A stretch of 64,000 bases of DNA from Longimicrobiales bacterium (GTDB lineage: Bacteria; Gemmatimonadota; Gemmatimonadetes; Longimicrobiales; Gaopeijiaceae). The DNA is taken from contig CBDCKN010000014.1 in assembly GCA_965218295.1 (NCBI GenBank), positions 107,770 to 171,769 on the forward strand, written 5' to 3'. The position numbers were made by a program, and so were the translations under genes. Shown here piece by piece: positions 42,169 to 52,148 of this stretch (position 1 is the first letter of the stretch; every line of letters starts with the position of its first letter). The notes beneath the pieces were generated by a model that was not told the origin of the DNA, did not search any database, and saw only the letters and a program-made list of their open reading frames with translations.

Positions 42169-42339
42169 GGTCCGTTGTGAGGAAGCCCAAGGGTATGTCG
42201 GCGACCGGTCGGGGGGCAACAGATGGACGCGTCCGACACTCGAGACGGCGATATGCGCGGCGAGCCGGGAGGCGTGGCGGCTGGCGGAGCGACCGCCTAG
42301 TGTTCGAGGGTGGATCACTTCCAAACAAGCCATCATTCA

Positions 42340-42984
42340 ATGAGCGAACGAAAGACGAGTTCAACTCGAACGCGTGGCCCACTTCTGTTCGCGTGGGGGG
42401 TTCTCTCGGTAGCGGGGGGTCTTGCTCCCGCGGCGTCGGAGGCCCAGCTCTCCGTGGTGCAGATGGAGGTGAACGGAGGGGCCTCGATCCCCGTGGCGGA
42501 ATTCGCCGGTGTCGAGGGTTGGGAGGCTGAGGCTTCCACAGACGCCAGCTTCGGTGTCCACTTCGCGTTGACCCGCGGCCATCTCGCCTACCTGGTGGGC
42601 TTCAGTGAGCATCGCTTCAAGTGTCCGGAGGCGGGATGCAGTGCCGAGACGGACCTGGTCTCGACGTCGTGGGACATCGGCCTGCGCATCAACCTGCGAA
42701 CGTCCGGCGTGGTGCCATGGCTCCGCCTGGGAGCCGTCGCTGCGCTGCTGGAGGCCGATCTGGGAACGGCCGGATCGACGGGGGCGACGGCTGCAACGGT
42801 GCGCGAGGAATCGGATCGCGGTTGGGGATTCGAGGCCGGAGCCGGCATCCTGATTCCGGTGGCCGACCGGTTCGGACTGAGTCCGGGAGTCCGTTACGGA
42901 AGGGTCGACCTGGACCTGACCTCCCGGGGAGTGCTACGGGAGCGCTACCTGGTCGTCGATCTCGGGTTCGTGTTGGGCTTCTAG
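42340..42984 (+). CDS. outer-membrane beta-barrel protein
   Basis: Signal peptide, amphipathic strands, C-terminal Phe. Confidence 0.75.
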   Translation: MSERKTSSTRTRGPLLFAWGVLSVAGGLAPAASEAQLSVVQMEVNGGASIPVAEFAGVEGWEAEASTDASFGVHFALTRGHLAYLVGFSEHRFKCPEAGCSAETDLVSTSWDIGLRINLRTSGVVPWLRLGAVAALLEADLGTAGSTGATAATVREESDRGWGFEAGAGILIPVADRFGLSPGVRYGRVDLDLTSRGVLRERYLVVDLGFVLGF

Positions 42985-43147
42985 TGTTCCGTTGCCGAAG
43001 TTCGCGAGCCACCAAGAGGGTCGGGGCGCCGTGGGATCAAGGCGGGACGACGCGGCGTAGCGCAAGCTACGGTAAGGAGTTCCAACGCCGAGCCCACGGA
43101 TGCACCGTGCCCTCGACTGGCCGAGACACTTCGGCAACGGAACACTA
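42982..43147 (+). repeat. MITE-like repeat, 166-bp form with perfect 20-bp TIR
   Basis: tagtgttccgttgccgaagt / acttcggcaacggaacacta; each end overlaps the TAG stop of one of two convergent genes. Confidence 0.92.
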
Positions 43148-44731
43148 AGCGTCGTCCGCCGACTCGGAGCGCGCCTTCACCTTCCGCAGTCCTGGGAGCG
43201 CGTCCTCGAAGACATCCTTCAGACCAGGGTCGTAGCGAGTGCCGAAGGACGCCCGGACCTCCTCCACGGCGGCGTCGAAGGAAAAGGCATCCCTGAAGGC
43301 CCGAGGACTGGTCATGGCGGCGAGGGCGTCGGCGATGGCAATGATTCGCGCGGCGAGTGGAATCGCGTCGCCGGCGAGCCCGTCGGGATAGCCGCCGCCA
43401 TCCCATCTCTCGTGATGCCAGGTCACGGCCGCGTCTACGGTGGCGTCCCGTAGGAGAGGAGCCAGAAGCTGCCGCCCCACGGTCGGGTGGGTGCGCATGT
43501 CTGCCCACTCATCCTCGTCGAGTGGGCCCTCCTTGTTCAGGAGTGCCTCGGACAAGGAGATCTTTCCGATGTCGTGCACCAGACCGCCCAGCCGAACCGC
43601 CTGCGGGTCCAGCATCGCACCCTCCGGGTCCAAGGTCTTGGCGAGCTCGATGGCCATGGCGCCGACCGTCTCTCCATGGCCGACCGTCGAAGGATCTTTC
43701 GCCTCCGCGGCCCGGACCAGAGCCAGCGCCCCCTCCTCGACATGGCTCCGGACGTCGTCTTTCCCATCTCCAGCCGTCGCAGACCGCTGCTCGGCACGGT
43801 CCGCCACGAACCGATCTGGCTCCACTCCTTCCGCTTCGAGCATCGGGGCCTCACCGGAAACCGGATCGAGGAGGGTCGTGCCGAAGAGGCGCACGGTGTT
43901 GCGCCCTTCCCGCTTGGCTCGATAGAGCGCATGATCGGCGGCCGCCAACAGCTCGTCGGGTGTGCCCATGCTGGGATGGTGCAGCGCCACGCCAGCGCAC
44001 ACGGTGAGAGGGCCATTGCCCAGCTTTTGGGCTGTGAGCGTAGCCCGGACACGCTCGGCGAACGCCACGGCTCCGTCCAGGCCGGACCCCGCCAGGATCG
44101 AGAGAAACTCCTCCTCCCCGAAGCGGGCCGAGAGGTTCATGCGACGGGTGGTCTTGGCGAGGATATCGGCGAAGGCCTTCAGCGCCTCATCCCCCGCGGG
44201 GTGGCCATAGCTGTCGTTGTACTCCTTGAAGTTGTCCAGGTCGAACAGAACCACGCACAAGAGGCGTCCACGCTGAGCGGCGGCGAACTCGTTCTCCAGG
44301 AACACGCGGGCGTGGCGTCGGTTCGGGAGGTGGGTCAAGCCGTCTTCGAAGGCCATCCCCTCCATCCGCTTCTGGTCGCGTAAGAGAACCTCCGCCAACC
44401 AACCGATGCAGAGGGTGATGACGATGTACGCCACCACCACCCCGAAGAGGCCGTCGGGAATGGTCAGCCCCATGAGTAGGGCGATGACCTGGGTGATGGA
44501 CAGCGTCGCCATCCCGGCCGCGAGCGCCAGGGCCGCACCCCGCCAGCCCTTGTAGTAGGCCAGGAGGAAGGCCGGGGTCAGGGCCAAGAGCCAGATGAGG
44601 ACGCCCTGCTCCCCCAGAATGTCGGGTACCAGAAGCGCGGCTCCGGCCGGCACCACGAGGGCGCCGAGCGAGATGTAAAGGGCTTGCGCGGGTACGCCCT
44701 TCCGGACCCCGTCATCGGGTGCCGTCATCAT
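43145..44731 (-). CDS. membrane GGDEF + HD-GYP protein
   Basis: N-terminal TM helices, DGLTHLPNRR, DLDNFKEYND, RFGEEEF, HDIGK, HHERWDGGGYP. Confidence 0.92.
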   Translation of the reverse strand: MMTAPDDGVRKGVPAQALYISLGALVVPAGAALLVPDILGEQGVLIWLLALTPAFLLAYYKGWRGAALALAAGMATLSITQVIALLMGLTIPDGLFGVVVAYIVITLCIGWLAEVLLRDQKRMEGMAFEDGLTHLPNRRHARVFLENEFAAAQRGRLLCVVLFDLDNFKEYNDSYGHPAGDEALKAFADILAKTTRRMNLSARFGEEEFLSILAGSGLDGAVAFAERVRATLTAQKLGNGPLTVCAGVALHHPSMGTPDELLAAADHALYRAKREGRNTVRLFGTTLLDPVSGEAPMLEAEGVEPDRFVADRAEQRSATAGDGKDDVRSHVEEGALALVRAAEAKDPSTVGHGETVGAMAIELAKTLDPEGAMLDPQAVRLGGLVHDIGKISLSEALLNKEGPLDEDEWADMRTHPTVGRQLLAPLLRDATVDAAVTWHHERWDGGGYPDGLAGDAIPLAARIIAIADALAAMTSPRAFRDAFSFDAAVEEVRASFGTRYDPGLKDVFEDALPGLRKVKARSESADDA

Positions 44732-44973
44732 TACCGATCGCTTCCAGGGCTAGGGTATCGGGGGCTCAGCAGGTCTGGGCTCTAATATGTGCATATCTCC
44801 AGGTCCTCGGCACCGTTCGGTTCCGGACGACGCCGACTGTCGATTCAAGAACCATTCCGGTCCGGGTTGCGAGTCGGTGCCCCGGTGAGGTGGGGCGTAA
44901 GGTATCGCGCTTGAGCGAGGGATGGCAGATTCTTCCGGTCCGTGTCCCGCTGACCCACTTGGGAAGCTGCTGC

Positions 44974-47900
44974 ATGACGGGAAGATTCTTGGCCGGACTG
45001 CACCTGCTCCTCCCCTTGCTCCTGGGCGTGACGTCGCTTCAGGGCCAGGTGAGGGAGCACCAGCTGGCCGCCATGCAGGCCCGAAGCATCGGTCCTGCGG
45101 GCATGAGTGGTCGCATCGCCGCAATCGATGCCCTGGCAACCGATCCCGACGTCGTCTACGTGGGAGCGGCCACAGGCGGTGTCTGGAAGTCGACGAACGG
45201 AGGCCAGACATGGAAGGCCGTCTTCGACGACCAGCGTGTCCTGGGTATCGGTGCCGTAGTCGTCGACCAGTCCAACCCCGACGTCGTCTGGGTCGGAACC
45301 GGAGAGGGCAACCCTCGCAACAGCGCAGGCGTGGGGGGCGGTGTCTACAAGTCCATCGACGGCGGCGATACCTGGACGCTCTTGGGCCTCGAGAGGTCGG
45401 AGCGGATCCACCGGATCCTGTTACACCCCACCGACGCCGACATCGCCTACGTGGGAGCCATGGGGCCCGCGTGGAGCGACGGAGAGGAGCGGGGAGTCTT
45501 CAAGACGCTGGACGGCGGGCGGAGCTGGGAGCGGATCCTCTATGTCGACGAGCGGACCGGCGTCTCCGACATGGTCATGGATCCCACGAACCCCGACAAG
45601 CTCATCGTGGGCATGTGGTCCTTCCGGCGCTCCCCTTGGTTCTTCGAGTCGGGAGGCCCGGGTAGCGGACTTTACGTCACTGTCGACGGAGGGGCGAGCT
45701 GGCGGCGGGCAGACGAGGCGGACGGTCTTCCCGGGGGAGCCCTGGGCCGGATCGGTCTGGCGGTGTACCCCACCGATCCGCGCATCGTATACGCCCTCGT
45801 GGAAGCACGTGAAAGCGCGCTGCTCCGCTCGCCGGACGGCGGGCGGAGCTGGAGGACCGTGAGGAGCGGCACAGGGGTCAGTCCGCGGCCGTTCTACTAC
45901 AGCGACCTCTTCGTCGACCCGGAAAACGAGCTCCGGCTCTACCAGCTCCACTCCCGTCTCGAGAGGAGTGATGACGGCGGCCGGACCTTCGAGAACATTG
46001 GGCAGGGGGTCCACCCCGACTTCCACGCCCTGTGGATCGACCCTCGGGATCCGCAGCACCTCTACGCCGGCACCGACGGAGGCGTCTACGTGTCGCGGGA
46101 CCGCGGCGCGAGCTGGCGGATGATCGACAACCTGCCGGTAGGTCAGCTCTACCACGTCTCTGTGGACATGGATGTGCCGTACAACGTGTACGGAGGCATG
46201 CAGGACAACGGATCCTGGGAGGGGCCTTCGGATGTGTGGGAGAGCGGCGGGATCCGGAACTACCACTGGAAGGAAGTGGCGTTTGGCGACGGCTTCGGCA
46301 CCCTGGTGGATACCCAGGATCCGAGCTATGGCTATGCCATGTCCCAGGGCGGCGACCTGATACGCTTCGACGTCCGCACGGGCGAGCGCAAGCGCATCCG
46401 TCCCTGGGCGCCCGACTCCACCCGGCTGCGCTTCAACTGGAACGCGGCCATCGCGGCCGATCCGTACATCCCCGGGGGCATCTATTACGGGAGCCAATTC
46501 GTCCACAAGAGCGTAGACCGGGGTGGCACCTGGCAGATCATCAGCGCCGACCTCACCACGAACGACCCGGACAAGCAGAAGCAGGAGGAGAGCGGGGGGC
46601 TGACGAAGGACACCACCGGTGCGGAGAACCACACGACCATCCTGACCATCGCCCCCAGCGCCCTGTCGCAGGATGTGGTCTGGGTGGGCACGGACGACGG
46701 GAAGGTGCAGGTCACGTCTTCCGCTGGGGGCCAGTGGGACGACGTCACCGAGGGGATCGGCGGGGTCCCGGACAATACCTGGGTGGCCCACATCGAGGCG
46801 TCCAAATTCAGGGCGGGGGGCGCTTTCGCCGTCTTCGACGATCACCGCCGGGGTGACTGGGAGCCCTACATCTACCGGACGGACGACTACGGAGACGACT
46901 GGGATCGCATCGCCGACGAAGACGACATCGATGGCTACGTCCATACGCTGGAGCAGGATCCACGGGCCGAAGAGCTTCTCTTCGCCGGCTCCGAGTTCGG
47001 GCTGTACGTGACCCTGAACGGGGGAGACGACTGGTTCAAGTGGACCCACGGGCTGCCGTCGGTTCCCGTGCGATCTCTGGTGATCCACCCCAGGGATCAC
47101 GATCTGGTCATCGGAACGCACGGAAGGGCCATCTACGTCCTCGACGACATCCGGCCGCTGAGGGAGCTCGCGACCAACCCCGGCGCTGCCGACGTGGCCC
47201 TCTTCTTCTTCGAGCCGCCCGTGGCCTACGTGCATACCACGGCAGAAGCGGATGGCTACCACTTCGTGGCCGATGCCATGTACCAGGGTCGCGCGCGCGC
47301 GCCGGGAGCCCTTTTTTCCTATTGGTTGGGCGAGGACAACGACGACGGGCCCGTGACGATCGAGGTTCTCGACTTCGAGGATCACTTGGTCCGGACCCTG
47401 CAGGGCACCCGAAGCCCGGGCCTCAACCGGGTTTCCTGGGATCTCCGGGAGGACCTCCCCGAGGTGCTCCTCGACTTCCAGCCCGCGGGGGGCGGGGGTG
47501 TGGGCTCCGGGGGAGCGCCCCAGGCACCTCAGGTGTTGCCTGGTACGTACACGGTGCGGATCAACAGGGGGCGTGCCGAAAGTCGGCAGACCCTCGACGT
47601 TCTCCCCGATCCCAGGGTCGAAATCGAGATGACCGACCGGATCACAAAATACCAGGCCCTGAAGAGAGCGCAGGAGCTCAACGTCCGCATGGCCGAGCTG
47701 CAGCGGGCCACGAACAGCGTCAGGGAGGGCGTCGACCGGGTTCTCGGGCTCCTGGAGTCCGACGCCCGGTTCGTTGGTGCGGAGCTGGTGACCTCCGGGC
47801 AACGCCTTCGGCGACGCCTCGAGGAGGTTGCCGACTTCCAGGGCGTCGACCAGTATCGCTCAGGTGTGTCCGGCCTGTCGTCCTCGTACGATGCGCCGAC

Positions 47901-48057
47901 CGAAGGCCAGCGCATCGACCTGATCCGGATGGAGGAGGCGCTGGACATCCTGACGGAGCGGATCAACGATTTCCTGTTGCTGGACGTGACCCGCTTCCGT
48001 AACCAGGTCGGGGCTGCCGATCTGGACGTTTTCCCGTCAGTGGGGCCGATCGGATAG
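44974..48057 (+). CDS. secreted VPS10/sortilin-like BNR-repeat (glycosyl hydrolase-like) protein 1
   Basis: RSIGPAGMSGRI, many S.DGG..W Asp-box repeats, GGMQDNGSW, RFNWN, ISADLTTND, GTHGR. Confidence 0.9.
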   Translation: MTGRFLAGLHLLLPLLLGVTSLQGQVREHQLAAMQARSIGPAGMSGRIAAIDALATDPDVVYVGAATGGVWKSTNGGQTWKAVFDDQRVLGIGAVVVDQSNPDVVWVGTGEGNPRNSAGVGGGVYKSIDGGDTWTLLGLERSERIHRILLHPTDADIAYVGAMGPAWSDGEERGVFKTLDGGRSWERILYVDERTGVSDMVMDPTNPDKLIVGMWSFRRSPWFFESGGPGSGLYVTVDGGASWRRADEADGLPGGALGRIGLAVYPTDPRIVYALVEARESALLRSPDGGRSWRTVRSGTGVSPRPFYYSDLFVDPENELRLYQLHSRLERSDDGGRTFENIGQGVHPDFHALWIDPRDPQHLYAGTDGGVYVSRDRGASWRMIDNLPVGQLYHVSVDMDVPYNVYGGMQDNGSWEGPSDVWESGGIRNYHWKEVAFGDGFGTLVDTQDPSYGYAMSQGGDLIRFDVRTGERKRIRPWAPDSTRLRFNWNAAIAADPYIPGGIYYGSQFVHKSVDRGGTWQIISADLTTNDPDKQKQEESGGLTKDTTGAENHTTILTIAPSALSQDVVWVGTDDGKVQVTSSAGGQWDDVTEGIGGVPDNTWVAHIEASKFRAGGAFAVFDDHRRGDWEPYIYRTDDYGDDWDRIADEDDIDGYVHTLEQDPRAEELLFAGSEFGLYVTLNGGDDWFKWTHGLPSVPVRSLVIHPRDHDLVIGTHGRAIYVLDDIRPLRELATNPGAADVALFFFEPPVAYVHTTAEADGYHFVADAMYQGRARAPGALFSYWLGEDNDDGPVTIEVLDFEDHLVRTLQGTRSPGLNRVSWDLREDLPEVLLDFQPAGGGGVGSGGAPQAPQVLPGTYTVRINRGRAESRQTLDVLPDPRVEIEMTDRITKYQALKRAQELNVRMAELQRATNSVREGVDRVLGLLESDARFVGAELVTSGQRLRRRLEEVADFQGVDQYRSGVSGLSSSYDAPTEGQRIDLIRMEEALDILTERINDFLLLDVTRFRNQVGAADLDVFPSVGPIG

Positions 48058-48089
48058 CATGTGATGCTTCAACAAGCGACGGAGTAGGA

Positions 48090-51000
48090 ATGAATCGAAT
48101 GACGCGATGGACCCATAACCTACTGGGAACGGTCCTTACGGCCTGGGGGTTGTTTCTCGGAGCCTCGCCGTTGGCGGCCCAGTACACCACGGAGCACTTC
48201 GCTCAGATCCGAGGTCGCTCCATCGGGCCGGCAGGTATGAGCGGGCGTGTGTCGGACGTAGACGTCGTGACCTCCGACCCCAACATCATCTACGTGGGGT
48301 CTGCAACCGGGGGGGTGTGGCGCTCCGTGGATGGCGGCATCGAGTGGGTGCCTATCTTCGACGACCAGCCTGTTCTGGGAATCGGAGCCGTGGCGGTCTC
48401 GCAAGCGACGCCCGACGTCGTCTGGGCGGGCACGGGGGAGGGGAATCCACGTAACTCCGCCGGAGTCGGGAACGGTGTGTTCCGCAGTCTCGACGGCGGC
48501 GACACGTGGACCAACGTCGGCCTCGAGGGCTCTGAGCGGATCCACCGGATCATCACTCACCCCACCGATCCCGCAGTGGCGTACGTTGCGGCCATGGGTC
48601 CGGCCTGGAGCGATGGAGAAGTCCGGGGGATCTTCCGCACAAGGGACGGTGGGCGGACATGGGACCGGGTCCTGTACGTGAACGAGCGCACGGGTGCCGC
48701 GGACCTGATCATGGATCCCAGCAACCCCAACAAGCTCTTTGCGGCGATGTGGGAATTCAGGCGCTGGCCGTGGTTCTTCGAGTCGGGAGGGCCCGGCAGC
48801 GGCCTATACGTTACGTATGACGGAGGCGACTCCTGGGTCCGCTACACTGAAGACGACGGGCTACCGCCGGGCAACCTGGGCCGCATCGGACTCGCCGTCG
48901 CGCCCTCCAATCCCGACGTCGTCTACGCCCTTGTGGAGGCCGAGAAGAGCGAGCTGATCCGCTCCGAGGACGGAGGCCGGAGCTGGGAGACCATCAACGA
49001 TCACGCCGGCGTCGTTCCCCGGCCCTTCTATTACGCCGATCTCCGGGTGGATCCCCAGAACGAGAATCGCATCTACTCCCTACACGGGAGCATCCAGGTC
49101 AGTGAGGACCAGGGCCGCAACTTCGAAACCGTGGTGCCGAGCTCCACGATCCACGGCGACGTACACGAGCTCTGGATCGACCCCGACAACGGTCGCCGCA
49201 TGATCATCGGGAACGACGGTGGGATTGCCTTCACCTATGATCGCGGGGAGCGCTGGCGCTTCGTGGAGAACCTCACGCTGGCTCAGTTCTACCACATCAG
49301 CCTCGATAACGAAGCGCCCTTCAACGTGTACGGGGGGCTGCAGGACAATGGGAGCTGGTACGGCCCGAGCACCGTGTGGGAGAACCGCGGCATCATGAAT
49401 GCCCACTGGCGCCCCGTGGGCAGCGGAGACGGCTTCGCCGTGTTCAACGATCCGACGGACTCGCGCTACGGCTATTCCATGTCGCAACGGGGAAATCTGA
49501 TGCGTTTCGACAAGGAAACCGGTCGGCGCGTGGAGATCCAGCCCGTCCATCCCCAAGGCGATTACCTGCGCTTCAACTGGAATGCGGGGCTCAACGTCGA
49601 TCCTCATGACCCCAGCGTCCTGTACCTCGGCAGCCAGTTCGTCCATCGGACCAGGGACCACGGCAACAGCTGGGAAATCATCTCTCCGGACCTGACCACG
49701 AACGACGCCGAGAAGCAACGGCAGGGCCAGAGCGGCGGGCTCACCCTCGATGCCACCGGAGCGGAAAACCACACCACGATCCTGTCGATCTCGCCGAGTC
49801 CGCTTCAGCCGGGGCTCATCTGGGTGTCCACCGACGACGGCAACGTGCAGGTCACCGAAGACGACGGGGCGACGTGGAGGAACACGGGTGTCCGCATCCG
49901 CGGCGTTCCGAGAGGAACATGGGTCCCTCACGTCGAGCCCTCACACCATGATCCACAGACGGCGTACGTAGTTCTGGAGGATCACCGCCGGGGGAACTGG
50001 GAACCGTATGTCTACAAGACTGAAGACCTTGGACAGATCTGGAATGCGTTGAACACCAATGAAATAGACGGCTTTATTCATGTGATACGTGAGGATCCGG
50101 AAGAGCCCAATCTGCTGTTCTTGGGCACCGAGTTCGGGCTTCGCGTGAGCCTCGACGGGGGCGATTCCTGGATCCATTGGAATCATGGCGTCCCGCCGGC
50201 TCCGGTGCGCGATCTGCGCATCCATCCCCGGGATCACGATCTGGTTGTAGGGACGCACGGCCGGGGAGCCTACGTCATCGACGACATCCGGCCGCTTCGC
50301 GAAGCCGCCCGGGACCTGGGCCTGGCCGGTGACGTGCTGAGGGTGCTCCCCATGGCGCCCGCCCAGAAGCACGCCACGGCGGAAACCATCGGCTATCGCT
50401 CGGTTGGGCACGCCATGATGTTCGGCGCGATGCGCCCCTATGGGGCCCTCATCAACTACTGGGTGGGAGTGGAAGGCGGCAAGGAAGCCATCATCGACAT
50501 TCTCGACGTAGACGGAAGCTCGATACGGACGCTAGGCGGATCCGCCGAGTTGGGGGTCAATCGAGTCGTCTGGAACCTGCGCCGCAGCGGTGAGAGCGAG
50601 CCTGAGGAGGAGGGTTCGGAGGTTCTGGGGGGGATGTATACGGTACGTGTCACGTTGGGTGGTTCGGTGTCGACGGGAGAAGTCACCGTGCTGGAGGATG
50701 GCCGTGAGGACATCTCCCTGACGCGGCGGATCGCCAAGCTCCAGGCCGTGGAGCGCGCCCAGACCATGACCACCGCCCTCAGCGACGCTCAGCAACGCCT
50801 GGAGCGTGCGATCCGGGCCGCCGAGACCGTGCAGGAGTCTCTTCGCGGGCGAGATGGGGGAGAGGATCTCCGGGAGGAGGGTGCGGAGGTCCAGGAATCC
50901 CTCGAGGAGATGCGAGAGCGCCTCTTCACGGGCCCGTCGTGCCAGGGCATATGCGGGCGAAGCAGGCTGACGTCCAACGCGGTGCGGCGACCCCTCCACG

Positions 51001-51203
51001 TTCTGGCGAGCTCGCCCGATGCACCGACGGCCAACGAGCGCCTCATGCTCGCACAGGCGGAAGAGGCGCTAAAGGACATCATCGACGAGGTGAACGCCAT
51101 CTTCGACGGCGCGGTTTCGGCCTATAGCCGGCGTCTTCAAGAGGCCGGATACTCACCCTTCCCCGAGGCCGATCCCCTCAGGATCCGCATGGAGCAGCGC
51201 TGA
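48090..51203 (+). CDS. secreted VPS10/sortilin-like BNR-repeat protein 2 (paralog)
   Basis: Same motif series as the upstream gene. Confidence 0.9.
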   Translation: MNRMTRWTHNLLGTVLTAWGLFLGASPLAAQYTTEHFAQIRGRSIGPAGMSGRVSDVDVVTSDPNIIYVGSATGGVWRSVDGGIEWVPIFDDQPVLGIGAVAVSQATPDVVWAGTGEGNPRNSAGVGNGVFRSLDGGDTWTNVGLEGSERIHRIITHPTDPAVAYVAAMGPAWSDGEVRGIFRTRDGGRTWDRVLYVNERTGAADLIMDPSNPNKLFAAMWEFRRWPWFFESGGPGSGLYVTYDGGDSWVRYTEDDGLPPGNLGRIGLAVAPSNPDVVYALVEAEKSELIRSEDGGRSWETINDHAGVVPRPFYYADLRVDPQNENRIYSLHGSIQVSEDQGRNFETVVPSSTIHGDVHELWIDPDNGRRMIIGNDGGIAFTYDRGERWRFVENLTLAQFYHISLDNEAPFNVYGGLQDNGSWYGPSTVWENRGIMNAHWRPVGSGDGFAVFNDPTDSRYGYSMSQRGNLMRFDKETGRRVEIQPVHPQGDYLRFNWNAGLNVDPHDPSVLYLGSQFVHRTRDHGNSWEIISPDLTTNDAEKQRQGQSGGLTLDATGAENHTTILSISPSPLQPGLIWVSTDDGNVQVTEDDGATWRNTGVRIRGVPRGTWVPHVEPSHHDPQTAYVVLEDHRRGNWEPYVYKTEDLGQIWNALNTNEIDGFIHVIREDPEEPNLLFLGTEFGLRVSLDGGDSWIHWNHGVPPAPVRDLRIHPRDHDLVVGTHGRGAYVIDDIRPLREAARDLGLAGDVLRVLPMAPAQKHATAETIGYRSVGHAMMFGAMRPYGALINYWVGVEGGKEAIIDILDVDGSSIRTLGGSAELGVNRVVWNLRRSGESEPEEEGSEVLGGMYTVRVTLGGSVSTGEVTVLEDGREDISLTRRIAKLQAVERAQTMTTALSDAQQRLERAIRAAETVQESLRGRDGGEDLREEGAEVQESLEEMRERLFTGPSCQGICGRSRLTSNAVRRPLHVLASSPDAPTANERLMLAQAEEALKDIIDEVNAIFDGAVSAYSRRLQEAGYSPFPEADPLRIRMEQR

Positions 51204-51224
51204 CCATATGGAGCAACGCTGACC

Positions 51225-52148
51225 GTGCTACGCGGACTGCTGCTCTGGGGCTCCGAGAACCGGTTCCTGGCCGAGCGTCTCCCCCGGTTCCGCTTCGTAC
51301 AGCGTGCGGTTCGACGATTCATGCCGGGGGAGACTCCGGAGGCCGCGATGACGGAGGCCCTCCGCCTCCAGAAGTCGCGCATGAGCACGGTGTTCACGCT
51401 CCTGGGTGAGAACATCGCCGAGCCTCGGGAGGCGCTGGAGGTGGTGGAGCACTACCAGGATGTGCTCAAGGAGCTCGACCGCCGTGACTTGAACGGGGAG
51501 ATCTCGGTGAAGCTCACCCAGCTCGGCGTCGACCTGGGTCGCGATCCTGCGGCCGCCAACCTGGAGGCCATCCTTTCGCTGGCCGAAGAGTTGAACCGCT
51601 TCGTGTGGATCGACATCGAGGCGAGCCGTTATGTGGACGTCACTCTGGGCATCTACAAGGGCGCCCGGGCCCGCTACGAGAACACGGGCCTCTGCCTCCA
51701 GGCCTATCTCTACCGCACCGCCGAGGACCTGGAAGAGCTCCTGCCTCTCCAGCCGGCCATCCGTCTGGTGAAGGGCGCCTACGCCGAGCCGGCCGACGTC
51801 GCATTCCCCAGGAAGAGGGACGTGGACAAGAATTACCTCGAGCTTTCGCGCCGTCTCCTCGACGTGGTGGCGAACGGTGGCGTTCGTGCGGCCTTCGCCA
51901 CTCACGACGGGACTCTCGTCGAGAAGATCCAGCAGGAAGCGGCGGCCCGGGGGATTCCCCGGGGTGAGGTGGAGTTCCAGATGCTCTACGGAATCAACAC
52001 TTCGGAGCAGCAGCGGCTGGCCGGCGAAGGCTACAAGGTGGAGGCGCTCATCAGCTACGGATCCGCCTGGTTCCCTTGGTACATGAGGCGCCTGGCCGAG
52101 CGGCCGGCAAATCTCTGGTTCGTGGTCCGAAGGGTGGTGTGGCGCTGA
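51225..52148 (+). CDS. monofunctional proline dehydrogenase
   Basis: SVKLTQLG, QAYLYRT, RLVKGAY, ATHD, EFQMLYG, YMRRLAERP. Confidence 0.95.
   Translation: MLRGLLLWGSENRFLAERLPRFRFVQRAVRRFMPGETPEAAMTEALRLQKSRMSTVFTLLGENIAEPREALEVVEHYQDVLKELDRRDLNGEISVKLTQLGVDLGRDPAAANLEAILSLAEELNRFVWIDIEASRYVDVTLGIYKGARARYENTGLCLQAYLYRTAEDLEELLPLQPAIRLVKGAYAEPADVAFPRKRDVDKNYLELSRRLLDVVANGGVRAAFATHDGTLVEKIQQEAAARGIPRGEVEFQMLYGINTSEQQRLAGEGYKVEALISYGSAWFPWYMRRLAERPANLWFVVRRVVWR

Noticed and set aside
10835..43147. Dispersed palindromic repeats as a CRISPR array or integron attC sites
   Set aside because: Not regularly spaced, variable length, no cas or intI gene, and mostly located between housekeeping genes.
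44974..51203. Diversity-generating retroelement or cassette shuffling between the paralogs
   Set aside because: No reverse transcriptase in the window, and the differences look like ordinary divergence.
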